Source: a virus
Taxonomy: Duplodnaviria; Caudoviricetes
IMG/VR virus record: IMGVR_UViG_3300025418_000293
Coordinates: 1 to 52,733 of that record
DNA length: 52,733 nt
Reading direction: 5' to 3' (one strand)
Position numbers and translations under genes: made by a program. Under the pieces are notes generated by a model. It did not search any database. It was not told the DNA's origin and saw nothing but the letters and a program-made list of their open reading frames with translations. This document shows positions 16,135-24,849 of the stretch, one piece after another (position 1 is the first letter of the stretch; each line of letters begins with the position of its first letter).

Positions 16135-16428
16135 ATGAAGTTCCTATTATCACGCAATTCTAAAGAATCAGATGACGATGAAGGCAGCAGCGCGTCCTCG
16201 TCACTTACCCCATTTCATCCCTGCACACGATGCGGAGATGATGTCCCCGCACAGCGTTGGTACAAAATATCAAAGCTGTGCTTATTCTGCGGTGAAGAAG
16301 CCGCAGTTCTTGAACGTGCCTCTTGGTGCGTTGTTCAACCCTACAACAAAGGGCCTTATATGCTAGTGACTGTAAGTTCTGCACCGCAGACGCTCATGGA
16401 CACGAACCAAAAGGCAACGCGTTCGTAG
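16135..16428 (+). CDS. DksA/TraR-type C4 zinc-finger protein
   Basis: CTRCGDDVPAQRW...LCLFC matches CxxCGxxIPxxR...CxxC; start re-assigned to ATG 16135. Confidence 0.65.
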   Translation: MKFLLSRNSKESDDDEGSSASSSLTPFHPCTRCGDDVPAQRWYKISKLCLFCGEEAAVLERASWCVVQPYNKGPYMLVTVSSAPQTLMDTNQKATRS

Positions 16429-16432
16429 TATC

Positions 16433-16461
16433 GGAATCTTCGACACGGTGTCGATTATTCT
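16433..16461. promoter_or_regulatory. Dyad site copy 5
   Basis: GGAA-TCT-TCGACA-CGG-TGTCGA-TTA-TTCT. Confidence 0.85.
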
Positions 16462-16492
16462 TTTTTATCTCAATCTTTAATTGGAAAATAAA

Positions 16493-17569
16493 ATGTCAGA
16501 AATCAAATTCTCTCGTCGCGTCAACTTCGCAGAAGCGGTTGACATCATACTCAACTCTGGTAACAACTCAGTTCACCTTACTGGCGAGCCAGGCGTTGGC
16601 AAGACTGCAATCCAAGACGTCATCGTCGAGCGCACAGGCTTTCACAAAGTCTACATCGACGGGCCAAACACCGACGTAGGCCAAGCGGGCATGCCGATCC
16701 CCAATCACACGACTCGCACCTTGGACTTCTACCCTGCGGAAAACTTTAAGTTGCATCTCAACGAGCCATGCGTAATCATGATCGACGAGTGGACTAAGAC
16801 CGACGACTATGTGCGCAACACTTTGCATCCCCTCTTGCATGAGCGTCGCATGAGTGATCGTTATCTGCATCCTAAGTCAATTGTCTTCACTACTGGTAAC
16901 AACGACGGCGATGGCGTCGGTGACTCAGCCAAGGCGCATACTCGCAATCGTCAGACATGGCTCACCTACATGAAGCCCACCGCAGAAGAGTGGCTCAAAT
17001 GGGCTATCAATAACGGAGTAGCAGAAGAGTTACTTGCATGGGTTACTGAGTATCCTCATTGCCTAGCATCCTACATAGATGGCGGGCAGAAAGAAAACCC
17101 TTACATCTTCAACCCATCGGATGCGTCGCAGATTGCGTTCGTGTCGCCTCGCTCTTTATTCAAGGCGTCGCATTGGGTCAAACGTCGTGACGTGATAACA
17201 GAGAACGCATTGATTGCGTGTCTCGACGGCACTCTTGGCTTTGCCGCATCGCGGGATCTGCAAGCCTATATCTCCATGGCTGATCAGCTACCTACGCGTG
17301 AGGCGATATCCAATAATCCTGAAACTGCTTTGATTCCAACGAGTCCTGCGGCTCTTTGTATCTTAGCTTTCAAGATCGTAACTGCATCCACCCGTGAAAC
17401 ATTCGGTACTTGGATGAAATACATACGTCGCATGCCCAAGGAAACGCAAGCGGTGTTCGTCAATACTTTGCTCGAAGATCAAAGTAAAAAGAACTGGGCC
17501 CTATCGCATCCTGCGTTTGTGACGTGGGCCCGTGAGAATCAATATATGTTTGCAGGATTGAAAGGATAA
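16493..17569 (+). CDS. MoxR/AAA_5-like AAA+ ATPase
   Basis: GEPGVGKT Walker A, IMIDE Walker B, TGN sensor, SPRS motif. Confidence 0.9.
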   Translation: MSEIKFSRRVNFAEAVDIILNSGNNSVHLTGEPGVGKTAIQDVIVERTGFHKVYIDGPNTDVGQAGMPIPNHTTRTLDFYPAENFKLHLNEPCVIMIDEWTKTDDYVRNTLHPLLHERRMSDRYLHPKSIVFTTGNNDGDGVGDSAKAHTRNRQTWLTYMKPTAEEWLKWAINNGVAEELLAWVTEYPHCLASYIDGGQKENPYIFNPSDASQIAFVSPRSLFKASHWVKRRDVITENALIACLDGTLGFAASRDLQAYISMADQLPTREAISNNPETALIPTSPAALCILAFKIVTASTRETFGTWMKYIRRMPKETQAVFVNTLLEDQSKKNWALSHPAFVTWARENQYMFAGLKG

Positions 17570-17572
17570 ATC

Positions 17573-17830
17573 ATGAGTATCAAAATTGGAACAGCAACAC
17601 GCGAAGAAGTAGAAGATGAAATGGCGGATCAGACGCGTAACTTGTACATAGCCATTGGTGCGGTGCTTGACTCGCGCCGCATTGATGTTGTGCTATCTGC
17701 ATTGAGCAAGCACTTCATTGAGACTTGCTTAGAGGTAGGCATGAACCGAGATGACTTCACCGAGGTCGCTCTGCGTGTCTACGATGTAATCAAAGAAAGC
17801 AACGAAGAGGAAAACAAATATGTTAACTAA
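17573..17830 (+). CDS. Hypothetical protein
   Basis: 85 aa, AAAGGA RBS, tightly packed in the operon. Confidence 0.75.
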   Translation: MSIKIGTATREEVEDEMADQTRNLYIAIGAVLDSRRIDVVLSALSKHFIETCLEVGMNRDDFTEVALRVYDVIKESNEEENKYVN

Positions 17831-19106
17831 ATCCAAACTAACTGCGGAGCAACGCATTGAGCTGGTGCATGTCAGCCTTATGCGTTCAAGGGAGTTCGCG
17901 TTGTTCGCGGGCTTGTTCATGGTCGGCTCGGTCGAGGTGATCGACGCGCCCGTTACTGCGTGTACGAATGGTCGTGACGTCAAGTATGGTCGAGAGTTCA
18001 TCGCTGAGCTAACCGATAAAGAGTTGGCCTTTCTTGTTCTGCATGAGAATATGCACAAGTGCTACCGCCATCTCACAACGTGGGCGAAGCTATACGAAAC
18101 CCATCGTGCATGTGCCAACATGGCATGCGACTATGTCATCAACATCCAACTGTGCGATCTTGACCCGCATGGCAAGCTCATCTCGTTTCCTATTAACAAG
18201 GAAACAGGAGAGCGTATGGGTCTGGTCGATGAGAAGTATCGTGGGTGGGATGCCAAGCAAGTCTTTGATGACTTGATGAAGCACGCCAAGCCCATTCCTC
18301 CCCGTAGCGGGCAGGGCGAGGATGGCGAAGGCCAAGGTCAAACCCAAGGAGATGGGAATAATCGACAAGATGTCGAAGATTCCGATGGCGTACCATCGTT
18401 CGATGAGCATGACTGGGAGAATGCGAAAGAGATGACCGAGAAGGAGAAAGACGAACTCGGTAAAGAGATCGACAGTGCATTGCGCCAAGGTTCTATCTAC
18501 GCGGGCAAGGTCGGTGCTAACGTACCACGAGAGATCGGCGAGCTTCTGGCCCCGAAGATCGATTGGCGGGCGGTGCTACGTCGGTTCGTCAAGACGCATC
18601 TCAAAGATCGTGACGCACCATCGTGGCGTAAGGCTCATCGTAATTACTTATGGCAAGACGTCATACTGCCAAGCATCATTGGCAAACGCGTCAAGCATCT
18701 TGTGATTGCAATGGACACATCAGGCTCGGTCGCGGGCAGACTGCTCGACATGTTCCTCACCGAACTTAATAAGATCGTTGTGGATACGCGGGCTGAGCGC
18801 GTCGACGTCTTGTACTGGGACACAAGCATATGTGGTCATGAGACTTACAAGAGCACTGATAACAAGTCTATTGTGCATCGCACTAACCCACGCGGGGGTG
18901 GCGGGACTAACCCCGACTGTATTGCTGACTTCTTCCGCGCCGAGCAACTCAAGCCCGACGCGTTGGTCGTTATCACAGATGGGTATATGCACAGCAAGCC
19001 AGAGAACTGGCGTCACGTCGGCGTTCCGTCGCTGTGGTGTGTGATCGGCAACGACAGTTATAAGCCACCACATGGTCAGTTGTTAACCATTAAGGATGAA
19101 TCATGA
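17820..19106 (+). CDS. Putative metallopeptidase plus VWA domain protein (DUF2201-like)
   Basis: TACTNG, LHENMH (HExxH), NMACDYVIN; VWA MIDAS DTSGS, GGGGTN and VITDGY. Confidence 0.9.
   Translation: MLTKSKLTAEQRIELVHVSLMRSREFALFAGLFMVGSVEVIDAPVTACTNGRDVKYGREFIAELTDKELAFLVLHENMHKCYRHLTTWAKLYETHRACANMACDYVINIQLCDLDPHGKLISFPINKETGERMGLVDEKYRGWDAKQVFDDLMKHAKPIPPRSGQGEDGEGQGQTQGDGNNRQDVEDSDGVPSFDEHDWENAKEMTEKEKDELGKEIDSALRQGSIYAGKVGANVPREIGELLAPKIDWRAVLRRFVKTHLKDRDAPSWRKAHRNYLWQDVILPSIIGKRVKHLVIAMDTSGSVAGRLLDMFLTELNKIVVDTRAERVDVLYWDTSICGHETYKSTDNKSIVHRTNPRGGGGTNPDCIADFFRAEQLKPDALVVITDGYMHSKPENWRHVGVPSLWCVIGNDSYKPPHGQLLTIKDES
18355..18383. promoter_or_regulatory. Dyad site copy 6 (inside CDS, in the low-complexity linker)
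   Basis: GGAA-TAA-TCGACA-AGA-TGTCGA-AGA-TTCC. Confidence 0.85.
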
Positions 19107-19258
19107 GCCAAGCCGCTTATTCTATTAATCTCAATCGGGAAACTTTCGAGTTGCTCGAAGATGTACGCGAACGCCTAGTCGCTGAACTAGGGTTCGAGCC
19201 AACTCTCGGTCAGGTGGTTCGCCACTTGATTGCCATTTACCATGCAAGAAAGGTGTAA
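19103..19258 (+). CDS. 51-aa putative ribbon-helix-helix DNA-binding protein (not in the ORF track)
   Basis: ATGA overlap, AAGGA RBS; YSINLNRETFELLEDVRERL...PTLGQVVRHLI has a strand-helix-helix pattern. Confidence 0.55.
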   Translation: MSQAAYSINLNRETFELLEDVRERLVAELGFEPTLGQVVRHLIAIYHARKV

Positions 19259-19260
19259 CC

Positions 19261-19443
19261 ATGCCACTCATCGCACTTGGTAAAGGGCAGGTCGTTTACG
19301 AGCGACCTAGTGAGCGCGTTCGCATTGGCAGACTTGTTTGTATTAACGAGATCGTCAACGCACGCAAACGTAGGAATGCGACCGAACAACTCTCGGTCAG
19401 CATGTCCATTATCCAAAAAGCATATCTTTTCAAAGGAAAATAA
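19261..19443 (+). CDS. Hypothetical protein
   Basis: 60 aa, AAGGTG RBS, fills the gap between coupled genes. Confidence 0.55.
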   Translation: MPLIALGKGQVVYERPSERVRIGRLVCINEIVNARKRRNATEQLSVSMSIIQKAYLFKGK

Positions 19444-19444
19444 A

Positions 19445-20512
19445 ATGGGTTGGAATACTGCGCGAGTATCGAAACTTAATAGTTTCGACGAAGCGAGAAA
19501 GAGATTTCTCGATACACCACCGATAAAGGGCAATCCTCTCAAGGTTCGCCCTCTCGGAGCGAGACGTTATTACAGGTTGGCGAGCATCTCGATGCCCAAC
19601 GACAGCACTGTGAGTCTCGACTACTGTGGCAGACCACTTGTGGTTTGGCATAGCGACAATACGTTTGAAGTGCATTATCCGTATTACACATCTGCGTATG
19701 TGCCCGACAACATCTTCAACTACGTTCCTATTGGGTTCGGGTTTGGGTGGTCGAAGTCTCGTCTGACGTTGCGCATGAGCGGGGAAGAGTTTGTTATGGA
19801 ACGTGGCGAAGTGTATAAATTTCAAAACATCAAAAACAAATTCTTTTTCTTGAATGCCCCTACGTCATACAACTATCGGTTGAATGTGCGTGAGTTCAAG
19901 CAAAAGTTTGACCCTGTGCAGAAGTTCTTGGACTGGTTCAACATTGTGTCTGCTATCAATAACGAGCACACTTCATTAGCTATTCAAGAAGTCTATGCAA
20001 ACTTCAAACTTGCACATGAAGTACCGCCTTTGTTGCTTTTCGATGAACTCAGAGAACGATGCCAAAAGCATCGTAATAACGACGAATTGAATAAGATCTG
20101 CATGCAATGCTGGGATGAGCAACGCGACTCTGAATGGTTACCCGTTGGGGGCAATCAACGTTACCATCATCGGTACACTGGGTTTCATCGCCCAACGGCA
20201 GAGACGTTATACAACTGGATCATTGATCGCGATGGCGAGCATTGGACTGAGGCGTTATACGTCATACTCAATTCGCAAGGCACACGCGTTGATCGCGGAG
20301 ATTCATTCACAATTACGCAGAAGGATTTGCGTGAGTATGTGGTGAACATCGTTAAGTTCTTGTTTCGTGACGAGGTGTTCAACCGCGTGCGTCTAGACAA
20401 GGGCGTGGTTGCGTCGAAGACCAACTACAACTTCTTTGAACCCGAAACAGTGTTCAGTATCAACAGCGGAACAATCGACATCGTGTCGAAAATTCTTGGA
20501 GAACTAAAATGA
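19445..20512 (+). CDS. Hypothetical early protein
   Basis: AAAGGA RBS before ATG 19445 (MGWNTARV); 355 aa. Confidence 0.8.
   Translation: MGWNTARVSKLNSFDEARKRFLDTPPIKGNPLKVRPLGARRYYRLASISMPNDSTVSLDYCGRPLVVWHSDNTFEVHYPYYTSAYVPDNIFNYVPIGFGFGWSKSRLTLRMSGEEFVMERGEVYKFQNIKNKFFFLNAPTSYNYRLNVREFKQKFDPVQKFLDWFNIVSAINNEHTSLAIQEVYANFKLAHEVPPLLLFDELRERCQKHRNNDELNKICMQCWDEQRDSEWLPVGGNQRYHHRYTGFHRPTAETLYNWIIDRDGEHWTEALYVILNSQGTRVDRGDSFTITQKDLREYVVNIVKFLFRDEVFNRVRLDKGVVASKTNYNFFEPETVFSINSGTIDIVSKILGELK
20468..20496. promoter_or_regulatory. Dyad site copy 7 (in the CDS 3' end, abutting the next RBS)
   Basis: GGAA-CAA-TCGACA-TCG-TGTCGA-AAA-TTCT. Confidence 0.85.
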
Positions 20513-21366
20513 ATGCAATATCTTTATCCTCAATGGCAATGTTAGTGGAACTGCGTATCAGCACATGGACTGCACGCAAGCGTGACAACGAGACGACTAT
20601 GGATGTCAACACCGAGAAGAACGCAGATCAGGATGCGGGCTCGGTGTATAAGTATCTCATGGCGGGCAGTGATCACCTCAAGAAGATCGAGAAGTATGCG
20701 GCGAAGGCTAGGGCTTGGAACTCGTCGCAGACTCTCCCTTGGATGAAGGGTGTTAGCCTTTTACCCATGGAGAACTTCTTCAAGTACCGCGAGCAACTCG
20801 GTACGATGGAGTCAAACTTCTATGCGCTTGTCGATGAGTTCATCATTGCGTATCCCAAATTGAAAAGCGATCAGGCTTTCAAGCTGGGCAAGTACTACAA
20901 GGCTGAAGAGTTCCCCGACGTGGAGACGCTACCGCGTCGCTTCAAGTTCGAGTATAACTTTCTCCCTGTTCCAGAGAAGGGTGACTTCCGCATCAACTGC
21001 GAAGACCGCGTGCGCGCTGACCTTGCTCAGCAGTACGAGAAGATGTACACGGACAAGCTGGCCGAAGCTATGCGTGAACCATGGAACAGACTGCATGAGG
21101 TGCTGACTCACATCAGCATGACCATGACTGACAAGCAAAACGGTGATCGTCGGATCTTCCGCGACACGCTTGTAGATAACGCAACAGGTCTTTGTGATCT
21201 GCTGACTAGACTCAACGTGACCAATGATCCAGAACTTGAGAGCGCTCGTCGTTTGCTAGAACAGGCAATCGTTGGAGTCGATCCCCAGGATCTCCGCGAA
21301 TCATCTCATGCTAGGCTAGAACTGAAAGCGTCTGTCGACGATATCCTCAACAAATTTAAATGGTGA
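20509..21366 (+). CDS. Conserved phage protein (DUF3150-like)
   Basis: MLVELRISTWTARKRD start, TLPW, FRDTLVDN and LNVTNDPELE motifs; family name from memory. Confidence 0.6.
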   Translation: MNAISLSSMAMLVELRISTWTARKRDNETTMDVNTEKNADQDAGSVYKYLMAGSDHLKKIEKYAAKARAWNSSQTLPWMKGVSLLPMENFFKYREQLGTMESNFYALVDEFIIAYPKLKSDQAFKLGKYYKAEEFPDVETLPRRFKFEYNFLPVPEKGDFRINCEDRVRADLAQQYEKMYTDKLAEAMREPWNRLHEVLTHISMTMTDKQNGDRRIFRDTLVDNATGLCDLLTRLNVTNDPELESARRLLEQAIVGVDPQDLRESSHARLELKASVDDILNKFKW

Positions 21367-21370
21367 AAAC

Positions 21371-22240
21371 ATGATACCTACAAACATTAAACTAACAGAC
21401 GACCTCGTCTTAGATCCATCCTTTGCGTTGTTCCTCGAACCGCTAGCGTTGGCTAACCCTAACTGGGAGTTCACACCGCAGACTGCGAACTACAACGACA
21501 CGCGCACTACGGCTCATGTTCAACGTGACGAAGACAATCAGTATCTTTCCGCGCCTGCTGGTACTAAGTTTCTGAACAACGTCAAAGTAAAGCAAGACGG
21601 GCAGAGACTAGGTTTCTTGAAAATGGATAGTAAGCATACGGCAGAAGGCCATGTGCCCAACTACATTATTAAGTCGTGGCGTATCCACAAGTCGCGCGGG
21701 ACTTACGACGAGACAGAGACAACTAAACTTAAAATTGCACTACGCAATGCGAAGAAGTTTCTCAAGCCTCGAACGTTGGTAGAGTTATTCACTAAGAAAA
21801 GCAACGAACTCCAGAGTGGTTTTGTTAATGCGACAGCATCGCTTGTGCAAGCGTTTCGATACATTGGGCAAGACTTTTCTGGCGATGTACAACTGTATGC
21901 GTATTGTATACTGACCAATCGAGACGTACCACAAAAAACAAAAGCAAACGTGGAGAAAGTCATGACAGCATCTACTTACGAGAGACAGATCGGTGACTAC
22001 CAACTTGCCCTTAACATGAAAGAGTTGGAGAGTGCAGGTCGTTTGATGAGTATTGTCAAGACGCGAGACGACAAGTATATGTACGCATCCAAAAACGCTG
22101 ACCCTATCGTTGTAGAGTATGAAGAACTACCTGTGCCGTGGCAGGAGAAGCTGGCTGTGTTACAGCTCTTGCAAAACGACGAGTTAGCTGGAGATATCGG
22201 CTACCGACATACGAGTCACACGTTCATGATCGTGACATAA
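21371..22240 (+). CDS. Hypothetical protein
   Basis: 289-aa ORF, last gene before a terminator. Confidence 0.8.
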   Translation: MIPTNIKLTDDLVLDPSFALFLEPLALANPNWEFTPQTANYNDTRTTAHVQRDEDNQYLSAPAGTKFLNNVKVKQDGQRLGFLKMDSKHTAEGHVPNYIIKSWRIHKSRGTYDETETTKLKIALRNAKKFLKPRTLVELFTKKSNELQSGFVNATASLVQAFRYIGQDFSGDVQLYAYCILTNRDVPQKTKANVEKVMTASTYERQIGDYQLALNMKELESAGRLMSIVKTRDDKYMYASKNADPIVVEYEELPVPWQEKLAVLQLLQNDELAGDIGYRHTSHTFMIVT

Positions 22241-22257
22241 TAATTTGCTAACCAACT

Positions 22258-22282
22258 GACCCGCTTCGGCGGGTCTTTTTTT
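22258..22282 (+). terminator. Intrinsic terminator ending the early operon
   Basis: GACCCGC-TTCG-GCGGGTC-T7. Confidence 0.92.
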
Positions 22283-22286
22283 GCTC

Positions 22287-22315
22287 GGAATAATCGACAC
22301 GATGTCGGTATTTCC
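22287..22315. promoter_or_regulatory. Dyad site copy 8
   Basis: GGAA-TAA-TCGACA-CGA-TGTCGG-TAT-TTCC. Confidence 0.85.
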
Positions 22316-22340
22316 CCCTATAAAATATTTTTAAAATACT

Positions 22341-22371
22341 ACTTGACAAAGTCTAGACATGCCACTATATT
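22341..22371 (+). promoter_or_regulatory. Sigma70-like promoter, shared-motif class (copy B)
   Basis: ACTTGACAAAGTCTAG; TTGACA-17 nt-TATATT; AT-rich UP-like tract upstream. Confidence 0.85.
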
Positions 22372-22377
22372 CTAGGC

Positions 22378-22731
22378 ATGGCACAAACACCTGAATCAAA
22401 AGTTAAAGCAAAAGTAAAAGCCGTGCTTGATTTTCACGGCGCATACTATTTCTTCCCCGCTAGTAATGGCTATGGTCATGCGGGCATACCCGACATCATA
22501 GTATGCCACTGCGGATACTTCTTTGCAATAGAATGCAAAGCGGGCAAGAAACAACCAACAGCATTACAAGAACGAGAACTACGGCGCATCCGTGAACACG
22601 GAGGCGTAGCACTCGTCATCAACGAAAGCAATATCAACGATATTGAAATTTACCTCAACTACGCAAAGGAAGAATATGATAGAACGACTAATGCGATTAC
22701 CTCTCGCGCCACAAATACAAGCCTTATGTGA
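22378..22731 (+). CDS. VRR-NUC domain nuclease (Holliday junction resolvase-like)
   Basis: PESKVK...GIPDII...FAIECKA...PTALQ. Confidence 0.9.
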   Translation: MAQTPESKVKAKVKAVLDFHGAYYFFPASNGYGHAGIPDIIVCHCGYFFAIECKAGKKQPTALQERELRRIREHGGVALVINESNINDIEIYLNYAKEEYDRTTNAITSRATNTSLM

Positions 22732-23026
22732 AAAGATCGATGTTTACGAGCCCAACGACACCAGTTCCGATGATTCATTTGTGCTTCATGTTGAAAAGTT
22801 ATCCAAACATTTAGGTTTTTGGGAGCGTCGTTGTGTTACTCGCGCTTTGAATAAAAACAAACGCTCTCGCGTACTCAATCGTGCTATGGAGCTTGTGATT
22901 GGTAAAGAAACCCAAGAGCAACCAATTAGAGATGTGTACAGGTGGACGACTCTAAGGAATGATAACTTGCGTGACATGCTCGAAGCCCACGAAGAATATG
23001 TTGCTAAATTAAACGGCGCACAATGA
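22676..23026 (+). CDS. Hypothetical protein
   Basis: AAAGGA RBS before ATG 22676; ATGA overlap with the polymerase gene. Confidence 0.65.
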   Translation: MIERLMRLPLAPQIQALCEKIDVYEPNDTSSDDSFVLHVEKLSKHLGFWERRCVTRALNKNKRSRVLNRAMELVIGKETQEQPIRDVYRWTTLRNDNLRDMLEAHEEYVAKLNGAQ

Positions 23027-24849
23027 TTACAATAGATTTTGAAACGTATTACGACAAGGACTATTCTTTGTCGAAGCTAACGACTGAGGAGTACGTTCGC
23101 GACCCTCAGTTCGAGGTCATTGGTGTGGGCGTCAAAGTAAACGACGAGCCCAGCGTTTGGTTCTCAGGAACGTTTGAAGAAACGGCAGAGTTCCTTGCGC
23201 AATACGACTGGGGCGATCATTTCGTATTGGCCCACAATGCTATGTTTGACTCGGCTATTCTGACATGGCTCTTTGGGCAGAAGCCCAAGGCGTGGCTTGA
23301 TACCCTATCCATGGCGCGGGCGTTGTTCGGCACGCAGGTGGGGGGCAGTCTTAAATCTTTGGTTCAGCACTTTGGGTTGGGCGAAAAGGGTGTTGAGGTT
23401 GAGGACGCTAAGGGATTGAGGCGCCAGGAGTTTCCCCCTCAACAGTTAACACAGTATGGTGAGTATTGTAAGAACGACGTAGAGCTAACCTATTCTTTGT
23501 TTAAAGAGCTTGACCGAGCTTTTCCCGTAAAGGAAAAACGTCTCATAGATATAACTCTGCGTATGTTCAGCGACCCACTGCTAGAGCTAGATGTGGACAG
23601 ATTGGAAGATCATCTGCAAGGCGTGCGTGACCGCAAGGAAAAACTATTTGCCGACGCCAAGATTACAAAGGAAGTCCTTAGTTCGAGTAACCAGTTTTCC
23701 GAGTTGCTGATTGCGAACGGGGTAACCCCGCCAATGAAGATCAGCCCCGCGACGGGCAAGGAGACCTTTGCGTTCGCCAAGAGCGACGAGGAATTTACAG
23801 CCTTACTTGAACATCCGAACGAGGTAGTCCAAGCCTTGGTCGCGGCGAGGCTAGGCGCAAAATCGACGCTGGAGGAAACAAGAACGGAGCGTTTCATAGC
23901 TATAGCCCGTCGTGGTCATATTTGTGGGGCGTTGCGCCGTGTGCCAATTCCTCTCAAATATTACGCGGCTCATACGGGGCGGTGGGGTGGCGCGGATAAG
24001 ATTAACTTGCAGAACTTGCCTAGCCGTGGATCAGAGGGTGGTAAGTTGAAGAGGTGCATTGTCGCCCCGCGCGGGCATGTCATCATTGACTGCGACTCGT
24101 CTCAGATCGAGGCACGCGTGTTAGCTTACCTGACTGGATCGCGCGACTTGTTGAATATGTTTAGTAATAAAGCAGATGTGTACAAGTACATGGCTATGAT
24201 GATCTATGGAAAACCGCCCGAATACATTACACCCGAAGAACGATTCATTGGTAAGACCACAGTGCTTGGCGCGGGCTACGGCATGGGTGGGGAAAAGTTT
24301 CAACGCCAGTTAAAAAGCATGGGCAAAGACTTGGATTTGGATATGTGCAAATACATTATCAAGACCTATCGTGCTAACGCTAGCAACATTGCAAGTTGGT
24401 GGCTACATCTGACCAATGTATTGGATGCAATGACCAAAGGCAAGGAGTTGATCATTGATTACCTAGATATCATGACGCTCGACCCGTTCACTGGAATCAA
24501 ACTGCCGAACGGCCTGTCTTTGACTTATCCCGAACTAACTCGTCATAGCTCGGGAGAATTTACCTATAAGACACGCATGGGAATCAACAAAATCTATGGT
24601 GGCAAAGTAGCTGAAAACCTATGTCAAGCAGTGGCAAGGTGCATCATTGGCGAGCAGATTATTGAGATCGAAAAGAAATACCGTGTGGTGCTGACTGTGC
24701 ATGACGCCATCGCTTGCGTCGTCCCTGACGAAGAAGCGCATACGGCTAGAGCATACATTGAAGAATGCATGAGAACTCCCCCTAGGTGGGCGCCTGAGTT
24801 ACCCCTTGATTGTGAGTCAGGCATGGCTCAAAACTATGGAGATTGTTAA
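23023..24849 (+). CDS. polA: Family A DNA polymerase with 3'-5' exonuclease
   Basis: DFETY, AHNAMFD and YCKND exonuclease motifs; HTGRW, NLQNLP, DSSQIEAR (A), KTTVLGAGYG (B), VHDAI (C). Confidence 0.95.
   Translation: MITIDFETYYDKDYSLSKLTTEEYVRDPQFEVIGVGVKVNDEPSVWFSGTFEETAEFLAQYDWGDHFVLAHNAMFDSAILTWLFGQKPKAWLDTLSMARALFGTQVGGSLKSLVQHFGLGEKGVEVEDAKGLRRQEFPPQQLTQYGEYCKNDVELTYSLFKELDRAFPVKEKRLIDITLRMFSDPLLELDVDRLEDHLQGVRDRKEKLFADAKITKEVLSSSNQFSELLIANGVTPPMKISPATGKETFAFAKSDEEFTALLEHPNEVVQALVAARLGAKSTLEETRTERFIAIARRGHICGALRRVPIPLKYYAAHTGRWGGADKINLQNLPSRGSEGGKLKRCIVAPRGHVIIDCDSSQIEARVLAYLTGSRDLLNMFSNKADVYKYMAMMIYGKPPEYITPEERFIGKTTVLGAGYGMGGEKFQRQLKSMGKDLDLDMCKYIIKTYRANASNIASWWLHLTNVLDAMTKGKELIIDYLDIMTLDPFTGIKLPNGLSLTYPELTRHSSGEFTYKTRMGINKIYGGKVAENLCQAVARCIIGEQIIEIEKKYRVVLTVHDAIACVVPDEEAHTARAYIEECMRTPPRWAPELPLDCESGMAQNYGDC

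Noticed and set aside
19277-19444. N-terminal extension of the 411-aa ORF
   Set aside because: Overlaps a coupled 60-aa ORF; a clear RBS precedes ATG 19445.
13330-22315. Dyads as recombinase sites, terminators or LexA boxes
   Set aside because: No recombinase seen, and centres are variable 2-3 nt rather than a conserved 6-8 nt overlap. Most copies lack U-tracts and two are in CDS. They do not match CTGT-N8-ACAG.
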